Source: the human T2T-CHM13v2.0 reference genome, Homo sapiens. Taken from it: 64,000 bases of DNA. A program made the position numbers and the translations under genes. Below, in pieces: positions 1 to 13,607 of this stretch (its first letter is position 1; the number at the start of each line of letters is the position of its first letter). The stretch is taken from NCBI RefSeq assembly GCF_009914755.1, contig NC_060940.1; one strand, written 5' to 3'. The notes beneath the pieces are model-generated. The model was not told the origin of the DNA and ran no database searches. It was given only the letters and a program-made list of their open reading frames with translations.

Positions 1-3000
1 CTTCTAATTCTAGTATCTATTCCTGTGGCTTAAAAGTCATTTATGGAAATTATGACCGACACTAACATGATAATTAAAGCCAAATTGAATACCTGTTCAC
101 TAGAGTTCAGGCTTGGTAGGGGCCTTGGTAGAGGAATCTAGTGCATATCTGAGCTGCCCTAATTATGTGCTCCTTGTAATCAACATTACATTTCCTGGTT
201 ACATTTCACAGTTAATTTGTTTTTCCCACACAAATCGAATTCTGTACCAGAGATGCAAAGTTTAATGTATTATTGCACTTTTTTTTAGGTTCTAGTTTAA
301 AAACAATACCACAAGTACAATTAATTTTAAAAAACGAAATTCTCCCCGTGTGGGTTTAAGATTAATGGCATTTATTTATTATTGTATGATCTGCCTTCAA
401 TAAGTAGCATGAATAAGAATTGGCTCCCAATCTTAATGTATTTATTTTCATAAGCCAAATAGCTATAAACAACATCAAATATAATTCTCCAGAATGGTAA
501 CACATTATTAACTTCTCAAGCCATTCCCTAATGGGTTTTAAATCTCTAAAAAACAGTAAATTCTAAAGCAAAGGAGACATGGTGGAATTCCTGTCTGCCT
601 TGGAAAACCAAGCCACACTGGGATTCCCCAGCACCTGGAGCAGGACCTGGCATGCAGCTCCCCCAGGATTCCAGACTGAATTATTTCCTCCCCAAATCTC
701 TCCCCATTTCAACTACATTTTTCCACTCCTTTTCCACGGTAGACACAAATGAGGGTTCCATTAAGTCTTGGGCTAGTGAAAGCTTGAACTAGGAGTCAGG
801 TGAGGCAGCCAGTCAGGGGTCTGTGCCTTTGTCCCAGGAGCAAGCCCTGTGCACAGCTGGAGCCTTAAGATCTTCTGAGCAATGGAAAGGGGACCTATAA
901 TAATCCAACATCCTTCCAGGTGACGTCATTCTGAATTCAGAATTGGCCTTCAGGCTGCTGCCCATGAATGTGAGAGGGGGCAAATGAAGAGTGAGAAAGA
1001 AGTAAGGTGGCTGCTGGCAGAAAGGGACAGGTGGCTCTGGAAGCACCTATTTTCGGTTGGATCAGAGTGATCTTAGAGTAAAATGTCTGCTCCCTGCAAA
1101 CCCACCTGTGTCTACGCATTGTGTGCCTACCTCTCAGCCTGGCTACTTCTCTTTCTTTCTAAAGTGTTATGGGGAGAAAATTAATCTCTGTTCAAAATAA
1201 GGGACATGGGTTCTGTCTCTTGCTGGTCCAGGGGAGAGGGAAGAACAAAGCCTCTCTTCAGTTTTTGTCTTATTACACTTCCTGCAAATGCTCTCAGCTC
1301 CAGCTTCTTAGAGTGAAAGTCACAGTTGTCAGCCTCATCATGACTGATCATTTTGCTCCCTCTTTTCCTGGATCTGAATGCTTTTCTCTCCTCCTGGATC
1401 TGCTTGTTCTTCAACCCCAGGCGCAGTGGCTTTCTCCAGTAAGGGCCTGAAACAGAGTAGCTCCTGAGTCAGGAGAAAGGCATGGGTCCAGAGGCAAAAC
1501 CAGGGCATGGAGATGAGATCCTGAGAAACCAGAGAGAGATGACGTCCTGAGGCTGAGAAACCAGAGCAGAGAAGAAATTGACAGGAGATTCCGGGATAGC
1601 CATTTAGGGGGTCACATTCTGACTGGGGTGAACCTTGACCTTTTCTTGGCTTGCCTTTGGAGTTCTTGGCACCCTGAGACCAGTGTTTCCACGTCATCTA
1701 GGGGGCTGGATAAGCAGGCAGATTCCTGGGCCTCATCTTGGAGCCACTGAATGCATGGATGGAGGGTGGCATCTGGGAAGGTGCGGTTTTACCAGCTCCC
1801 CACGTGATTCTGAGATACCCTATAGAGTAAGGCCCCTGTTCTAGAGAGAGAAGAGCATAGGATGGGGAGCTGATCCTCTGGGTTAAAACATGTGTCATCG
1901 TCTTTCTAGTTCCTGGCCTTGGACCCCACAATGGGCTTCTGTTTCCTAATCTACAAATGCAGCCAATGTGTCTACTCTAAAGGGCTATTCTGTGCATGAC
2001 TTAAGTGAGTCTGCAGATAAAAAATCAGTGAGCCCAATGCCTGGCACAAAACAGACATTCAACTGATAGGAGCCACCTAGAAAAGAAGGGAGCCGGCCTT
2101 TGACCTATAAAGCTCTAAGGAGGAACTAGCAGGAGTTTAAGAGCCCATTTAACCAAAATTCCACAGAGATAAAAAGGAAAGAAGAGGAAAGAAGAGCCTC
2201 ATATTTTGTAGCAATATCCAATCATTTATAAATTGTAACATTACTCTGAAGGTGAAGGTCAACGTGACCCCCAGGTATGTTGGTCATTATTTTGTTTTTC
2301 TCTTTCACATTCAAAAAATTGTTTAACATGTCCCAGGTTCAAACTCTCCCCAACAAAGCCATAAGCTGATGCACAAACCTGAATTCGGAGCAGGGACATG
2401 GGAGGATAACTTCCTGTTTATCTCCCTGTTGAGATACTGCAATGGGCTTTGCAGTTAGCACCAGCTCCATGTTTTCAGCCAGAGTGGCAGGTGGGGCAGA
2501 CTAATTTGAACACTAGACCTCTTCCTTATTCTTCAGAACTGCAAACTGAGACCTTGTTCAACTCTGAAAGAGCACTCAAATTTAGGGACCAAGAAATATC
2601 ATCACATGTACAATGTAAGTTAAATCTTTTAAAGGAAAAATATTCTGAGATCCTTATACGTGTGGAAGAAGGAAAGATACACAGTTTAACTTTAGTCTTT
2701 TTTGATTAAACACACGTGTTAACAATTTAAGGGTAATGTATCTACCAAAAGAATTAAGATAGAATGTATAATTTATAAACCTGGAGGGTAAATATAAATA
2801 CATAAATACGTAGAATTTGAGAAATTCAATACAAAGCAGAAAAAAGAGAGAAAAATACACAAAAAACAGGGTAAATGTAACATACACAATCAAATGGTAG
2901 AAATAAGCCAATATATACTAGTGTTCATGAATAAACTAATTCTTTTAAAAAGACAGGCATTCTCAGATTAGATTGAGGGGTGGGGGGTAGAATCCAGCTG

Positions 3001-3070
3001 TATGCTGTTTATGAGAGTCACACAGAAAATTTGAAAGTAAAGTTATAGAAAAAGGCATCTTAGCCAAATG

Positions 3071-3988
3071 AAGTCAATTCTCTTTACTCATGATAGTTAT
3101 GTTTCATAAATTTACCATGAAAACTGAATTAGCAAATACTGAACCATTGTTCCTAGGGGAAATACAGGGTTAGGTTACTACAAGCTTCTGGTCACAACAT
3201 TTTCATCAACTGACCAATACGTAACATTGTTTTGTTTTATGTGTGTGTCTGTTTAAAGATACCTCACTTAATATATAGTTGTGATTCCTAAACATTGAAC
3301 TATAGCTCATGCCTGAACAAGACTTACGTAACATTCTTATTTTCTCCATAAAGAACATCACAGCCTTTGAAACACTAGATAGCACTTCACACTGGCTTGG
3401 GAAACCTTTTCTTTTTTTTTTTTTTTTCTTTCTTTGAGATGGAGTCTTGCTCTGTCACCCAGGCTGGAGTGCAGTGGTGCGATCTCAGCTCACTGCAACC
3501 TTCGCCTCCCAGGTTCAAGCAATTCTCTGCCTCAGCCTCCCAAGTAGCGGGGATTACAGGTGTGTACCACCATGCTCGGCTAATTTTTTTGTATCTTTAG
3601 TAGAGACCAGGTTTCACTTGAACTCTTGACCTCGTGATCTGCCCGCCTTGGCCTCCCAAAGTGCTGGGATTAGAGGCGTGAGACACTGCACCCGGCCAGG
3701 GAACATTTTAAACTGCACAATCACCAGGAAAAAATGGCACTGAAATGCGAAAACCATGGAATTAAAATGACCTTGAAAAGGACACTTGTTGACATGTGAG
3801 AGCTGAAACAAGCAGGCACAGTGTACCCGTGTTTGACTTCAGATGGGAGCGTGCCCGTCAGATGACTCAATTTTGTCAACGCTGCGCATGCCCATAAATG
3901 ACCATGGAAGTGCCAAGAGGATTTATTTTGGGGCTACAGATAAATGTTAGCAAGTAATTACATTCCCATGAATAATGAAGATCAAGTG
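3071..3988 (+). mobile_element. MER82 (TcMar-Tigger non-autonomous DNA transposon), interrupted by an Alu
   Basis: Terminal inverted repeats aagtcaattctcttta / gaataatgaagatcaagtg followed by TA. Interior gaaccattgttcctaggggaaatacagggttagg matches the recalled MER82 consensus. Confidence 0.85.
3407..3697 (-). mobile_element. AluS (Sg/Sc-like) with ~20-bp internal deletion
   Basis: Poly-T followed by gagatggagtcttgctc...cccggcc. Carries the gacctcgtgatc diagnostic. Degenerate TSD gggaa(a)cctttt / gggaacatttt. Confidence 0.95.
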
Positions 3989-4160
3989 TATTAGTGAAAA
4001 GAAAAATGGTGCAGCTATGTTAATATACAAATGAATAGCCAATAAATGAAGTTGGGACAACTGGCCATCCCAATAGAATAGACAATGGAATAAAATAAGA
4101 TCTCAACTTCACAACACACACAAAATTAAATCAGATGGTTTTCACCTAAAAGTCCAAAAG

Positions 4161-4203
4161 GTGTGAGTCTGTGTGTGTGTATGTGTGTTTGTGTGTGTGT
4201 GTT
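4161..4203. repeat. Imperfect (TG)n microsatellite
   Basis: gtgtgagtctgtgtgtgtgtatgtgtgtttgtgtgtgtgtgt. Confidence 0.85.
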
Positions 4204-5250
4204 GACAAGTTAGTTATAAACTAGAATTATGAAGATCCAGGAAGATGGAAGATATCTTTGAAGAAGAATAAAGGAGAGAATTTACTCCGCTGAGCCTCAA
4301 GACAGATTATAAGCTTAACTAATTAAGGTAGTGTGGTACTGATGCAAGAATAGACAAACTGACCAATGTAACAAAACAGACACCAGAAAGGGGACCACGC
4401 AAAAAGGGGACATTTGATTTATGACAAAGATGCCTCCACAAAGTAGCAGTGAAAAGAGAGGCTTTTCAATGGATGATTGTGGAAGAACTGGTTTTGACAC
4501 AGAAAGAAATTAAACTGACCTCTGTATCCCCAGACTGGGAATAAATCCATTCCAAATATTCAGTCCTAGACTGGATAAATGCACTGTGGAGTATTTGTCC
4601 AAGGGCACAACATAGCATCATGGGAATGAACAAATGATCCTGCACCTCACGTGGACTAATGTCACAGAATAAATGTTGAAGAAAAAGAAGTCAGACATGA
4701 AAGCTTATGTGCTATATTACTTCATTTATACATAATTTAAAAATACAAGCAGAACTAAACAATACGGATACTTCAATAATTAGTAAATACTATCTTGAGT
4801 TGTTTACTTAAGGATGCTTAAATACATAGTAAAACTACAATGAAAAGCAACAATACAATTGGCATCATAGTTAGGATAGTGGTTAATTTGGGCAAGAGGA
4901 AGGGGTTATAATTGACAGTGGACACGTGAAGGGTTTCTCCGGCCCTGAGGTTTTATGTCTTGACATAGACTGTAGTTATGTTTGTTTTATAATAATGGAG
5001 CTGTTCATTTTAATATTGTGAACTTTTCATAGTTTTAAAAAAGGACCACTTCAGTTCGCTTGCATTATGGATTTAAATGTAGAAACAAAACCTTGACTTT
5101 TTTGGAAGAAACTATTGGAGACTCTATGTATGGTCTCAGGACAGAGAGGATTCCTCAAACAAAATGTACAATGCACAACTACATCAAAGGAAAGTTTACA
5201 AATATCTGTAAGAAAGAAGTTGCTGAAAACAGCATTAAAAGATAACCAGA

Positions 5251-5584
5251 GGCTGGGGGTGGTAGCTCACACCTATAATCCCAGCACTTGGGGAGGCCAA
5301 GTGTGAGGATCGCTTGAGCCCAGGAATTGGAGACCAGCCTGGGCAACATGGTGAAACCCTGTCTCTACAAAAAAATACAAAAAACTAAGCTGGGCATGAT
5401 GGTGTATACCTGTGGTCCCAGCTACTTGAAAGGCTGAGGTGAGAGGATCACCTGAGCCCAGGGAGGTCAAGGCTGCAGTGAACAGTGTTTGTACCACTGC
5501 CCTCCAGCCTGCGTGACAGAGCAAGACCCTGTCTCAAAAAAATAAATAAATAAATAAAGAGAGAGAGAGAGAGAGAGAGAAAAG
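5251..5584 (+). mobile_element. AluJ with (TAAA)n/(GA)n tail
   Basis: J diagnostics (ggatcgcttgagcccagg, aggctgcagtga). TSD aaaagata(a/g)ccaga at 5237-5250 and 5585-5598. Confidence 0.95.
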
Positions 5585-5984
5585 AAAAGATAGCCAGAGG
5601 TTGGAAGAAAACATTTTCAATGCATATAAGCAAAAAAGGGTTGGTATCCAGAATACATAAAGAACTACATATGAACATATGAAAACATAATCATCTTCTC
5701 TATTAATCAGATAAATGTAAGTTAAAAAAACTTAGTGGGATACTGTTTTGAATCTATAAAACTGTCAAAAATTGCCATGTGCAATAATGTCAATGTTAGA
5801 AAATGGGATCTGTTATATTGCTGGTAGGAGTGAAAATGCGTACAAACACTTTGGAGAGCAATTTGGAGATATGTAGTGAAACTGAAAATACACATTTCTG
5901 AAGACCTAGGTAATCTACCTCTAGGAACTCATACTGGAGACATTCTTACACGTATCAATAAGGAGACATAAGGAAGAGTATTTT

Positions 5985-6072
5985 CTGGTCTTGAACTCCT
6001 GAAACCAGGGGATCCTCCCGCCTCAGCCTCCCAAAGTGCTGGGATTATAGGCATATACCAGCACCCCCAGCC
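5985..6072 (-). mobile_element. Alu left-arm/FLAM fragment
   Basis: ctggtcttgaactcctga...cctcccaaagtgctgggattataggc...cccagcc. Confidence 0.85.
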
Positions 6073-7639
6073 TAAGAGTGTCTGTAGGAATCCAAATGTC
6101 CATCCAAGAGACAATGGATAAATAAATTGTGTTATTATCAAATATTGGAATATACTCTATAGCAGTTGAAACAAAGGAACTAGGTTTTACATGATCCACA
6201 TGGCTAAATCTCAAGAACTTAATATTGAGAGGTAGAGAAAAGTAAGTTGCAGAAGAACACATGTATGATACAACGTATATATACTTAAAACATGTAGCAC
6301 ATACCTAGGTAATGAAAGAAAAACAGTTACAGGGAGAATACAGACCAGCTTCAAAACAGTGTTTTCCTCTAGGCAAGGAGAGAGGAAGGGAGGGAAGTGT
6401 GATCCAGAAGAATTGAAAAGGTGACTTCAACAGTGAGGTGTTTTATTTCCTTTAAAGAAAATATGAATCAAATGTGGTAAAATAGGCTCTTTGTTGAAAT
6501 CTGTCTGATGTACACATGTGTGTCTGATTCATCATTTTCTGTCCATTTCTATATACTGTAAATATTTCAGAATTCCAATAAAAATGCAATAAAATTTAAA
6601 AGAGAGAATATGCCATTCCCTGCGGTGATGACGCTGCCTAACGTGATGACTCACACAGTTTGGAGTTTCAGTATTTCATTTTGTAAAGCCCCTTGGCTCC
6701 ACTGGAAACAAGTCTGGGCATAGAATGGAGGCTGGTCAGTTGGTGACTGTGCTCTGTCCTCCAGGGCCCAAAGTAACCGTCCTCCAGAGTGATATGTGTG
6801 TCACTGTGCAGTAATTGCTGTTTATGTGTCTGTCTCCCCCATAAGCCTGGGAGCCCCAGGGAAGCAACAGGGTCTTCTTCATTTCACTGGCACATAGGAG
6901 GTGACAATAAACACAGTCTGAATGGGAGAACCCCATGGGCACCAGCTCAGGATGCTGAACACATTGGTAAGCTGGAGATCTGCTCTGAGGATATTCTGCA
7001 CCTGGTCCTGCAGGGTGCCCTGGGATGGGTCTCTTGTAAACGGGTTTCTCCATGAGTCCAGTGGGCTATGTCCTGGAAGGAGGAAGCCCAGAATAGACTC
7101 AGTGTTCTTGGCCTCTTCTTTCTGACTATACGTCACACCAAATGGCACCAACACTAACAATGATGCTGCACACATTTATGAATATTTCTGTGCAGAGACC
7201 CAAAGGGACTATACCAACATGAAAACAGTCGCTGCATCAAATTGGGGAAATTACGTTTTTCTCCCTTCTCCCTATTTTTCCAGTTTTCTACAATATGGTT
7301 TTATTGTCCTAATAAAACCTTATAAAGAATATAAAAATCCTATTTCATCTATGAAGTGATGAAATAGGTGGCAAGTGTTTCAATGTTTCAATAGACTTCA
7401 TTCCCCATGCTTCAAATTTTCCCTTTGAAATGACCAGTAAATACATAACTAGAATATATATAATTAGAATATACATACAAATACATGTATATTTCATTTA
7501 GCATAAATAATGCCTAAATAATACAGACAACAGTACCATGGAGAAGCAAAACATTATGTGCTAGTTCTGCGAGAAATCCTGCAGCCAGGGTTAAAAAATA
7601 GAATGCAGGTTTTCATGCTCAGGGTCCAGGGTGGAGGCC

Positions 7640-7718
7640 AGGAACTCTGCATGTACACCAAGCTCTCCAGATGATTCTGACTCAAGTGGTCTTCAGATCG
7701 CAGTTGGGAAAACAGTGA
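7640..7718. mobile_element. MER5-type (hAT-Charlie) fragment
   Basis: tctgcatgtacaccaagctctccagatgattctga...gttgggaaaacagtg. Confidence 0.55.
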
Positions 7719-8368
7719 GATAAAGAAAAATTTGGGGTGGGGTTCAGTGCCTACCTGAGAAAGTGGCAGTGACATGATGTAAGTGAAAATCAGACAGACA
7801 AAGAGTAGAGATGAATGGATGGGCAGCAAATGGGTGGCTGAGATCAGCTTACCCTCAGCCTTCCCTGACACAGAGGGGGCTACAAGTTAAGTGAAGACAT
7901 TTGGGGACCAGGGAGGGACTCTGTCTAGAGTGTGAGGGATAGAGGTGAAGAATACTGCCCCTGAGAAAGCAACCAACTCCAATGGCCACCGCTAGATGTT
8001 ACTGATCCCACCACCTGCACAGAAGCCAGGTCCCCAAGCAAGTTAAAATCAACCTCAAGTAATGCAGCATTTCCCATCTTTCTAGGACCCAAGTATTTGA
8101 ACAAGAACCCATTCAAACTCTACCATAACTCATTATTCTCCCAGTAATGGGCAAATAGATCTTCTCTCCAAGAGAATGAGAAATAAAAGAGAAATCACTG
8201 GACTTCTGAGAACATTTAGTAGTTTGTAAGAGAAGAATCATTCTGAGGCATCACAGCAATGTTACAGACAATATCAAAAGACAGAGTGAGAGAGAATTCA
8301 ATAAATCATCTAATTTAAATATTAAATAAATTGGTTGGCAATTATGTGGCTCATATGAAAAAAGATCA

Positions 8369-8839
<471 letters not shown>

Positions 8840-9045
8840 TCACTTTTCCCCAATCAGTCCTCTATGAATTGAATGAATCCTTTTATGAATTGAATTAATG
8901 CAGTTCTACCTATGCCACTCTCCTGCTTGAAGGCATTAAATGGCTTCCAATTGCCACTGAGTTCCTAGCACCTGAGGATGGCACTGAAGACCCTCCTACA
9001 ACTGAGCAAATGTTGCCCAAGCTCCACAGAACTCTTTGTTATTCC

Positions 9046-9320
9046 TGCTGGGCACAGTGGCTCACGCCTGTAATCCCAGAACTTTGAGAGGCTGAGGCAG
9101 GTGGATCACCAGAGGTTGGGAATTCACCTGACCAACATGGAGAAACCCCCTATCTACTAAAAATACAAATTTAGCCACGAGTGGTGGTGCATGCCTGTAA
9201 TCCCAGCTACTCAGGAGGCTGAGGCAGGAGAATCGCTTGAACCCAGGAGGCAGACGTTGTGGTGAGCCGGGATCGTGCCATGGTACTCCCCCATCTTGAA
9301 AACACAAACAAACAAAAAAC
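9046..9320 (+). mobile_element. AluSp-like with two internal deletions
   Basis: aggttggga and catggagaaacc diagnostics. TSD ctctttg(t/c)tattcc at 9032-9045 and 9327-9340. Confidence 0.9.
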
Positions 9321-9599
9321 CCTTTGCTCTTTGCTATTCCCGTTAAGTAAGCCATATGTTCCCACTTCTGCAAATTGGTCCATGCTTTAGAGATCCCTCC
9401 CCATACAAAGTTCTTTCCTCTCGCTACCTTCTAATAATGTGAACATCATTGAATGCTTCCATATGCCAGGCACTAAGTAACGGCACTTACTGTCATTAAG
9501 TACGTAAGTAAGCACGTAAATACGTAAGTACCACCAAATATGGTACTTACATACATCAAACAAAAACATAAACCACTGCTATTATGTCGAATACCTAAC

Positions 9600-11430
9600 A
9601 TGTTGGGACATTTGCCCAAATACTGGTGATGTAGCAGTGAATAAAGCAGATAAGCTCTTTTCTAAGTGAGGAAGATGAGCAGGGGACAGTTAATAAACAA
9701 AAACTATATATATAGTGGGACTGAATTGTGTTTCTCCCTCCACCCTCCAAAATGTATATGTCGAAGCCCTAACCCCCAAAGTGACTATATTTGGAAATGG
9801 GGCCTTGCCTTGAGTAGATAATTAAGATTAAATGAGGTCATAAGAGTGGGACCCTAATCTGATAGGACTGGTGGCCTTATCAGAAGAGAAAGAGAGAGAT
9901 TTCTCTTCATGTACATGCATAGAGGAAAGGCCATGCGAAGGACATAGCAAGAAGGTAGCTGTCTATAAGCAAGGAAGAGCGCCCACATCAGAAATCAAAC
10001 CCCACCTGACCTTGATCTTGGCCTTTCCTGCCTCCAGAACTGGGAGAAAGGAATTTCTGTTTGTTTAAACCACCCAGTCTATGGTATTTTGCTATGGCTG
10101 CCTGACTGTCCACTAAATCTTGCAGATTTCTGGACAAGACAGGCTGTCGCAAAAACAGACTTTGCAGTAGGGGCATGCATTGTGGATTTGAGGAATACCT
10201 AAAAATCCAGTATGGCTGGAACAGGTTAAAGCTGGAGAGTCGAAAGGTGATACAGTTGGAATGGGAGATGAGGGACAGGGGTGGGGGCAGATCATGGGGG
10301 CCTCATAGGCATAATAAGACTTTAGCTTTCACTCTGAGAGCATGGAGAAGTCACTGGAGGGCTCAGCGAGGAAAAGAATAACATGATTTGAGACATTATG
10401 AAAGGATCATTCTGGCTGTTGGTCAGCAGTGGAAGCAAGACAGCATTTAGGAGGCTGTTTCACAACCTAGGTGAGTAAGATGGTAGTTTGGACCAGGGTA
10501 AGAACAGTGGAAGTGAAAAGAAATGGTCACATTCAGGAAGTATTTTGGATGTAGAGCCCATGAAATTGGCTGTGGATTTCATATGGGATACGAAAGAAAG
10601 AAGAGTCAAGGATGACACGAAGTTTTTATTCTCAGCAATGCACACGATGGAATTGTCAATAACTGAGATAAGAGGAGCTTCTGAAGGAGTCTGAGTGGGT
10701 GGAGATGGTGGAGAGTTTGGTTTTGGACATATTGGGAGTCAGATGCCGATGAGACATACCCAAGGGAACGTGTCCAGTAGGCCGCAGATGTCTGAGTCTG
10801 GGAGAGTCTGGAAGAGAAACGTAAGTTGGCATTATTCCAGCCATTTAAACCACCTGGTAAGCCAGGGCCTGTAGGTCAGGACATTATTAAATGAGTTCAC
10901 CAAAAGTGTGCAAGTAGACAGAGAAGAGTTCCTAGAACTGAGCCTCGGCTGGTCCAGCACTAAGTAAAGCTTAGGGAAATGAAGAGGGAACAGCCAGAGG
11001 CTCAGAAGGCAAAACCTGGAGCTTCAAGGAAGACCAATAGAGTGTGGCATCTTGGAAGCCACATAAAGGAGGAAAAAATGGTCATTTGCATCAAGTGCTG
11101 CTGCTGAGTCAAGTGAGATTTGGACGAGTAACGACCTTTGGGTCCTGCATCATGTAGGTCATTGGTGACCTTGACCTAGAAGTTGCCATGGGATGATAGA
11201 GGCAACAGCCTGATTGGAGTGGTTGCAAGAGAGAACAGGGAGTGAGGATGGAGAGACAAGTGTGTACAACTAGTGTGAGGAATTTCTTCTAAAGGAAGGC
11301 AGTGAAACAGATGGTAGCTGATGGGGAAGGTGGTTTCAAAGGAGAGAGGTTTTTTTCCATGGGAATTATTACAACATGTATGTGCATTGATGAAAATATC
11401 CAAGTAGAGAGTGATGGACCTATCATGCAG
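9600..11430 (-). mobile_element. L2a relic (~1.3 kb), interrupted by MLT1A
   Basis: Characteristic L2 antisense motifs: aaaggatcattctggctg, gtttggaccagggt, gagtcaaggatgacac, gagtttggttttggacat, aggtcattggtgaccttgac. Confidence 0.8.
9711..10117 (+). mobile_element. MLT1A-type MaLR LTR
   Basis: gactgaattgtgtt...atgtcgaagccctaacccccaa...gattaaatgaggtcataag...cctccagaactgggagaaa...ccacccagtctatggtattttg. Confidence 0.85.
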
Positions 11431-11454
11431 GATAAAGGACAATTACAGGAGAAT

Positions 11455-11590
11455 ATTTTACCTACTTTTACAGAGGAGGAGGCTAATATTCAGAGAGGTG
11501 AATTGAGTTCACTAAGGTCACACAGCTAGTGGTCTGTGGATCAGGATTCAGACCATGTCTGCGTGGATAAAGTCTGCATTCTTAATGATT
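11455..11590 (-). mobile_element. MIR
   Basis: ttttacagaggaggaggcta...cagagaggtgaattgag...aaggtcacacagctagt. Confidence 0.75.
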
Positions 11591-12689
11591 CTTGCTACTT
11601 CGATTCAAACCTTCCCTCAAATTCAAGTTTACCTCTACCTTCATGTAGCTTGCTTCAAACATTCAAGCTAGAAGTGATCTCTGTTTCCTCCCTTTGACCT
11701 CTCATACCACTTAATCTTGATGTTTTATTACAGCTATCCATTTTCTGTCTCCAACCCTATTGTAAGTGTTTTGAAAACATAGAATATTCACTGTAAACCT
11801 CACTGCCTTTCCAGCCCCTAACACAGTGCCTAGCACATGGTAGGACCTAGATCAATGTTTGCTACAGGCAGGCAGAAAGGAGGGAGGATGCCAGTGAAGG
11901 AGAGAGGAAGCCTTTTTCCCAAAGACTCCTCACAAGTTTGACACATCATACATTACAACCTGTTTTTCCTGCCCCAGACTAAGGGACTGTATTTACTTTA
12001 AACTTTCCTCCTAGGAGCTGTTACCTCTTTACTCATGGCTCTGACTGTTTTCTGGATCTGATCCAGGCTCAGAACTTCCTGTTAATAATAAATCAGACAC
12101 TGAAATGCTCTGCAAGGGGGGAGGCTTTCCACATATGCACCTGTTAGGTCAGGAACCACCTGGAGAGGAATTTGACCATCTGCTAATTGCAGCTGGGAAG
12201 GAGCTGCAGGAGGACTTTGTGCATTTCAATTCATGAGCTCCTGTTGGTCTCCTGCTCCTTGCCAGGTCCTGTGCTGAGCAGGAGGGACAACAGGATGAGC
12301 AAGATACTGTTTCCGCCTTCACCAGGCTCACGTCTCGTGGGGAGGGCGGCAGGTAATGGCAGAGCCAGAGCCAGGACTCCCCGACTATCTCTGAACCATT
12401 GTCAATTCTTAATTCCTCTAGAAACTTAGGAACTGGTTAATTTAATTCCTTGAGTATAGCTTACTTTTCACTGTGTTGGCTAGCAGATTCAGAAATACGC
12501 AAAAGTGCTGCCACCAGAGAGTTTTTCCTTTAGTGCAGACATTACCTGTTCACTCCAGAGCTTAAAACCCTTCAGTGGCTCTCTATTAGCTTCAGGAAAA
12601 TGTTTGAACCCCCTTGAAAAATCTCCATTCACCTCACCAGCCCTCTCTCCTCATGTAGCCCCTTATCTTTATCCCATTTGGGAGCAGAG

Positions 12690-12900
12690 ATTTCGAGCAA
12701 AGGCACTGGAGTCCACGCTAGCTTTAAATTCTGGCTCTGCTCTTTGCAGGCTATACAGAAAGCTTTCTTAACCTTTCTGAGCCTCAGTCTCCTTATCCAT
12801 AAAATGGGGAGAAAAAAATACTAATCGCATGGAATTTCTGGGAACATTAACCAGATAATGTGTGGGAAGAGGCCTAACACATTATGCAAAAGAACATGAA
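12690..12900 (+). mobile_element. MIR
   Basis: aattctggctctgc...cttaacctttctgagcctcagtctccttatccataaaatgggg. Confidence 0.75.
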
Positions 12901-12909
12901 AGCTTTGAT

Positions 12910-13062
12910 AAATATCACCTAGGGAGTTTTTAAAACGCACTAATATTTGGGCCAATCTCCAGAGAATCTGATTCCATCAGTGTGAGTGAGACCTAGGCGG
13001 GAGTATTCTATAAAAGCCTCTTGGGTGGTTCTGGCTTGCAGTTAGGATTAAGAACCACTAAC
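12910..13062. mobile_element. MER5A-type fragment
   Basis: atcacctagggagtttttaaaa...ccagagaatctgattcc...ttaagaaccacta. Confidence 0.65.
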
Positions 13063-13607
13063 ATAGAAACTGTTCAAAAAATATTGGCGGAATCTACATG
13101 TGAAACTTACAAATGTGACCCAATGTTGCACCAGGCTGTGCTGTCCAGTTTGAATGAAGTATAGAAACCTCAGCTCCTTGTATATCCCTTCACCATGCCT
13201 CATTTATAATTGTCTTCATATACTTCCTCTATATGCATTTATAACCACATCAGAGAGTGTTATAATTTTTGCTCCAACCTTTAAAAAATTTAGGAAAACT
13301 TCAGAGAAGAAGAAAAGTTATGTACCTACCCATATTTTTCTTACTGTCTTCTTTCTTTTTACCTGATGTTCCAGGATTCTTTTTTTTCCCCCTAATTTTA
13401 TTTCTGTTTATAGAACTCCCTTTATCCATTATTTTAGAGTAGGTCTATTGGTGGCCAATTTTCTTATTTTCCCATCATCTGAGAATGCCTTGATTTCTCT
13501 TTTGATTCCTGAAGGGTGTTTTTTGCTGGATATAGAATTTTATCTTGACAGTTCTTTTCTTTCAGCACTTGAAAATGTTGTGCCACTACTTCTGGCCTCC
13601 TGCTTTC

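Larger units (their letters stand above)
2860..4040 (+). mobile_element. Ancient L1M fragment (start of ORF2 endonuclease region), split by MER82
   Basis: aaaagacaggcattctcagattagattg...ccagctgtatgctgtttatgagag resembles the L1 ORF2 5' end. The L1 sequence resumes after MER82 (gaaaagaaaaatggtgcagctatgttaata). Confidence 0.6.
4041..6608 (+). mobile_element. L1ME-type ORF2 3' and 3'UTR fragments (several pieces, interrupted by Alus)
   Basis: gtgtggtactgatgcaagaatagacaaactgaccaatg, ttgatttatgacaaag, tatccagaatacataaagaact, caaatgtccatcca...atggataaataaattgtg. A-rich end at ~6600. Confidence 0.75.

Noticed and set aside
7985-8001. CTCF-like motif ccgctagatgttac
   Set aside because: Mismatches in the conserved GGC part of the core.
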